DNA from: Verrucomicrobiota bacterium
Lineage (GTDB): Bacteria > Verrucomicrobiota > Verrucomicrobiia > Limisphaerales > SXQI01
Assembly: GCA_033762115.1 (NCBI GenBank)
Contig: JANRLX010000045.1
Span: 1-58,799 of the forward strand
DNA length: 58,799 nt
Direction of reading: 5' to 3'
Positions within the stretch are counted from its first letter, which is position 1. Each line of letters opens with the position of its first letter. The translations under genes were made by a program, and so were the position numbers. The notes under the pieces were generated by a model. It saw only the letters and a program-made list of their open reading frames with translations, ran no database searches and was not told the DNA's origin. Positions 57,659 to 58,799 of this stretch are shown one piece after another.

Positions 57659-58799
57659 ATGCCAGAATTAAAACTCATACCAAAAAGTGAATTTGATCGC
57701 TTGCTTCAAAGCGGTCTCGATCAAGACACTAAACTTCGCCTGTTCGCGGAAATGTGCCGACTGAACACGTTGGTGGAAGTCAAAAAAGCTGGCTCCGGCC
57801 ATCTTGGTTCCAGCTTCAGCGCAATGGACATCAACGTTTTCCTTTATCTCGAACTACTGAACGTCAGGCAGCTCCCATTAAACGATCCAGGCCGTGACCT
57901 CTTTTTCAGTTCCAAAGGGCATGATGTGCCAGGGCTATACGCAGTCTTTCATGCCTTGGGCATCATTTCTGAGGAACAGCTTCTAAAGTTGCGGCGACTG
58001 GGGGGGCTGGACGGTCACCCGGATATCCATATCCCGGGGGCAGAGGCAAACACAGGCTCACTCGGCATGGGAATCTCCAAAGCACGTGGAATGGCGTTGG
58101 CAAAAAGGCATTTTAAGCGCAATGGAAGAGTCTTTGTGATGACAGGCGATGGAGAACTCCAGGAAGGTCAAATCTGGGAATCACTTCAGACCACCGTTCA
58201 CCAGAAAGCATGTCTCACAGTCATTGTTGACCATAACAAATTGCAAACGGATCTGCCTGTAAATGAAGTCATTGGTCTGGGTGATCTGGAGTCCAAATTC
58301 AGGAGCTTTGGCTGGACGGTTGAGCGATGCAACGGACATGATTTTAAGGAATTGCGGAGAGCGTTGAGTCCTCAGGAGCCAGACGGAAAGCCCAGGATCA
58401 TTATTGCTGATACCATCAAAGGCAAAGGGGTTTCATTTATGGAGGAAATTTCTGCAATGGTTTCCAATCAGGGAAAATATTTATGGCACTCGGGTGCGCC
58501 AGCAGATGAGCCATTCCAAAGGGGTTTTGATGAATTGCTTGGGCGGATAAACAATCTGTTGAGCAGCCATGGTCAGGCAGCAATTCAATTAAAGCATATT
58601 CCTGTTGAACCAAGCCCCAAACTGGCGATTACCAAACAGTATGTAGCCGCAGCCTACGGCGAAACCCTCGTGAATCTCGCGATTTCCCACCCCGATCTTG
58701 TGGTGCTCGATGGTGACTTGTCTGCGGATTGCAAAGTGCGGGAATTCGAAAAACAATTTCCTGACCGCTTTTTTGAGAATGGGATCGCTGAACAGGACA
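57659..58799 (+). CDS. Single-chain transketolase-family TPP enzyme (runs off the window; not in ORF track)
   Basis: Manual translation from ATG 57659: GSGHLGSSFS, SKGHD, GHPD, TGSLGMG, GDGELQEG, TIKGKG, then pyrimidine-binding DGDL..D and GIAEQ. Confidence 0.9.
   Translation, partial: MPELKLIPKSEFDRLLQSGLDQDTKLRLFAEMCRLNTLVEVKKAGSGHLGSSFSAMDINVFLYLELLNVRQLPLNDPGRDLFFSSKGHDVPGLYAVFHALGIISEEQLLKLRRLGGLDGHPDIHIPGAEANTGSLGMGISKARGMALAKRHFKRNGRVFVMTGDGELQEGQIWESLQTTVHQKACLTVIVDHNKLQTDLPVNEVIGLGDLESKFRSFGWTVERCNGHDFKELRRALSPQEPDGKPRIIIADTIKGKGVSFMEEISAMVSNQGKYLWHSGAPADEPFQRGFDELLGRINNLLSSHGQAAIQLKHIPVEPSPKLAITKQYVAAAYGETLVNLAISHPDLVVLDGDLSADCKVREFEKQFPDRFFENGIAEQD

Noticed and set aside
1..58799. 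CRISPR arrays, tRNA/rRNA, IS elements, prophage or defence genes
   Set aside because: No spaced direct repeats, cloverleaf or rRNA signatures, or transposase/integrase motifs were recognised by eye; intergenic gaps are short. A tRNAscan/Infernal run would be needed to exclude small RNAs.

Overview
Gene-dense bacterial chromosomal segment, most likely Verrucomicrobiota/PVC. This is inferred from the PSCyt/DUF1501 pair, the UBact locus and overall gene content, not from a marker gene. From left to right it holds: an ABC transporter, DUF4126 and a polyprenol-P-mannose synthase; a hybrid kinase-yicC-gmk-coaC-phosphatase run; xseA and ymdB; a disordered RG-rich protein and a DksA/TraR-like protein; smc; a UBact (Pup-like) tagging and 20S proteasome locus (dop, ubact, prcB, prcA, pafA; ~18.2-22.8 kb); glnS and purN; an ECF sigma/anti-sigma cassette; rnr and a GIY-YIG nuclease; DUF1501/PSCyt; a large beta-propeller protein; a Cpx-like two-component system. 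The ORF track misses the 56-aa UBact modifier gene (19758-19928, ending RTGQ), and the locus has no adjacent ARC/Mpa ATPase. From 43.1 kb to the window end lies a surface-polysaccharide cluster: WbpABDE-like diacetamido-uronate genes, a GbsR-like regulator with a palindromic operator, a flippase, three methyltransferase-like genes, a GT9, and an unusual NeuB-HAD-SDR-ALDH-NeuA-transketolase module. I recognised no rRNA, tRNA, CRISPR array or transposase. All calls come from motif recognition by eye; no searches were run.
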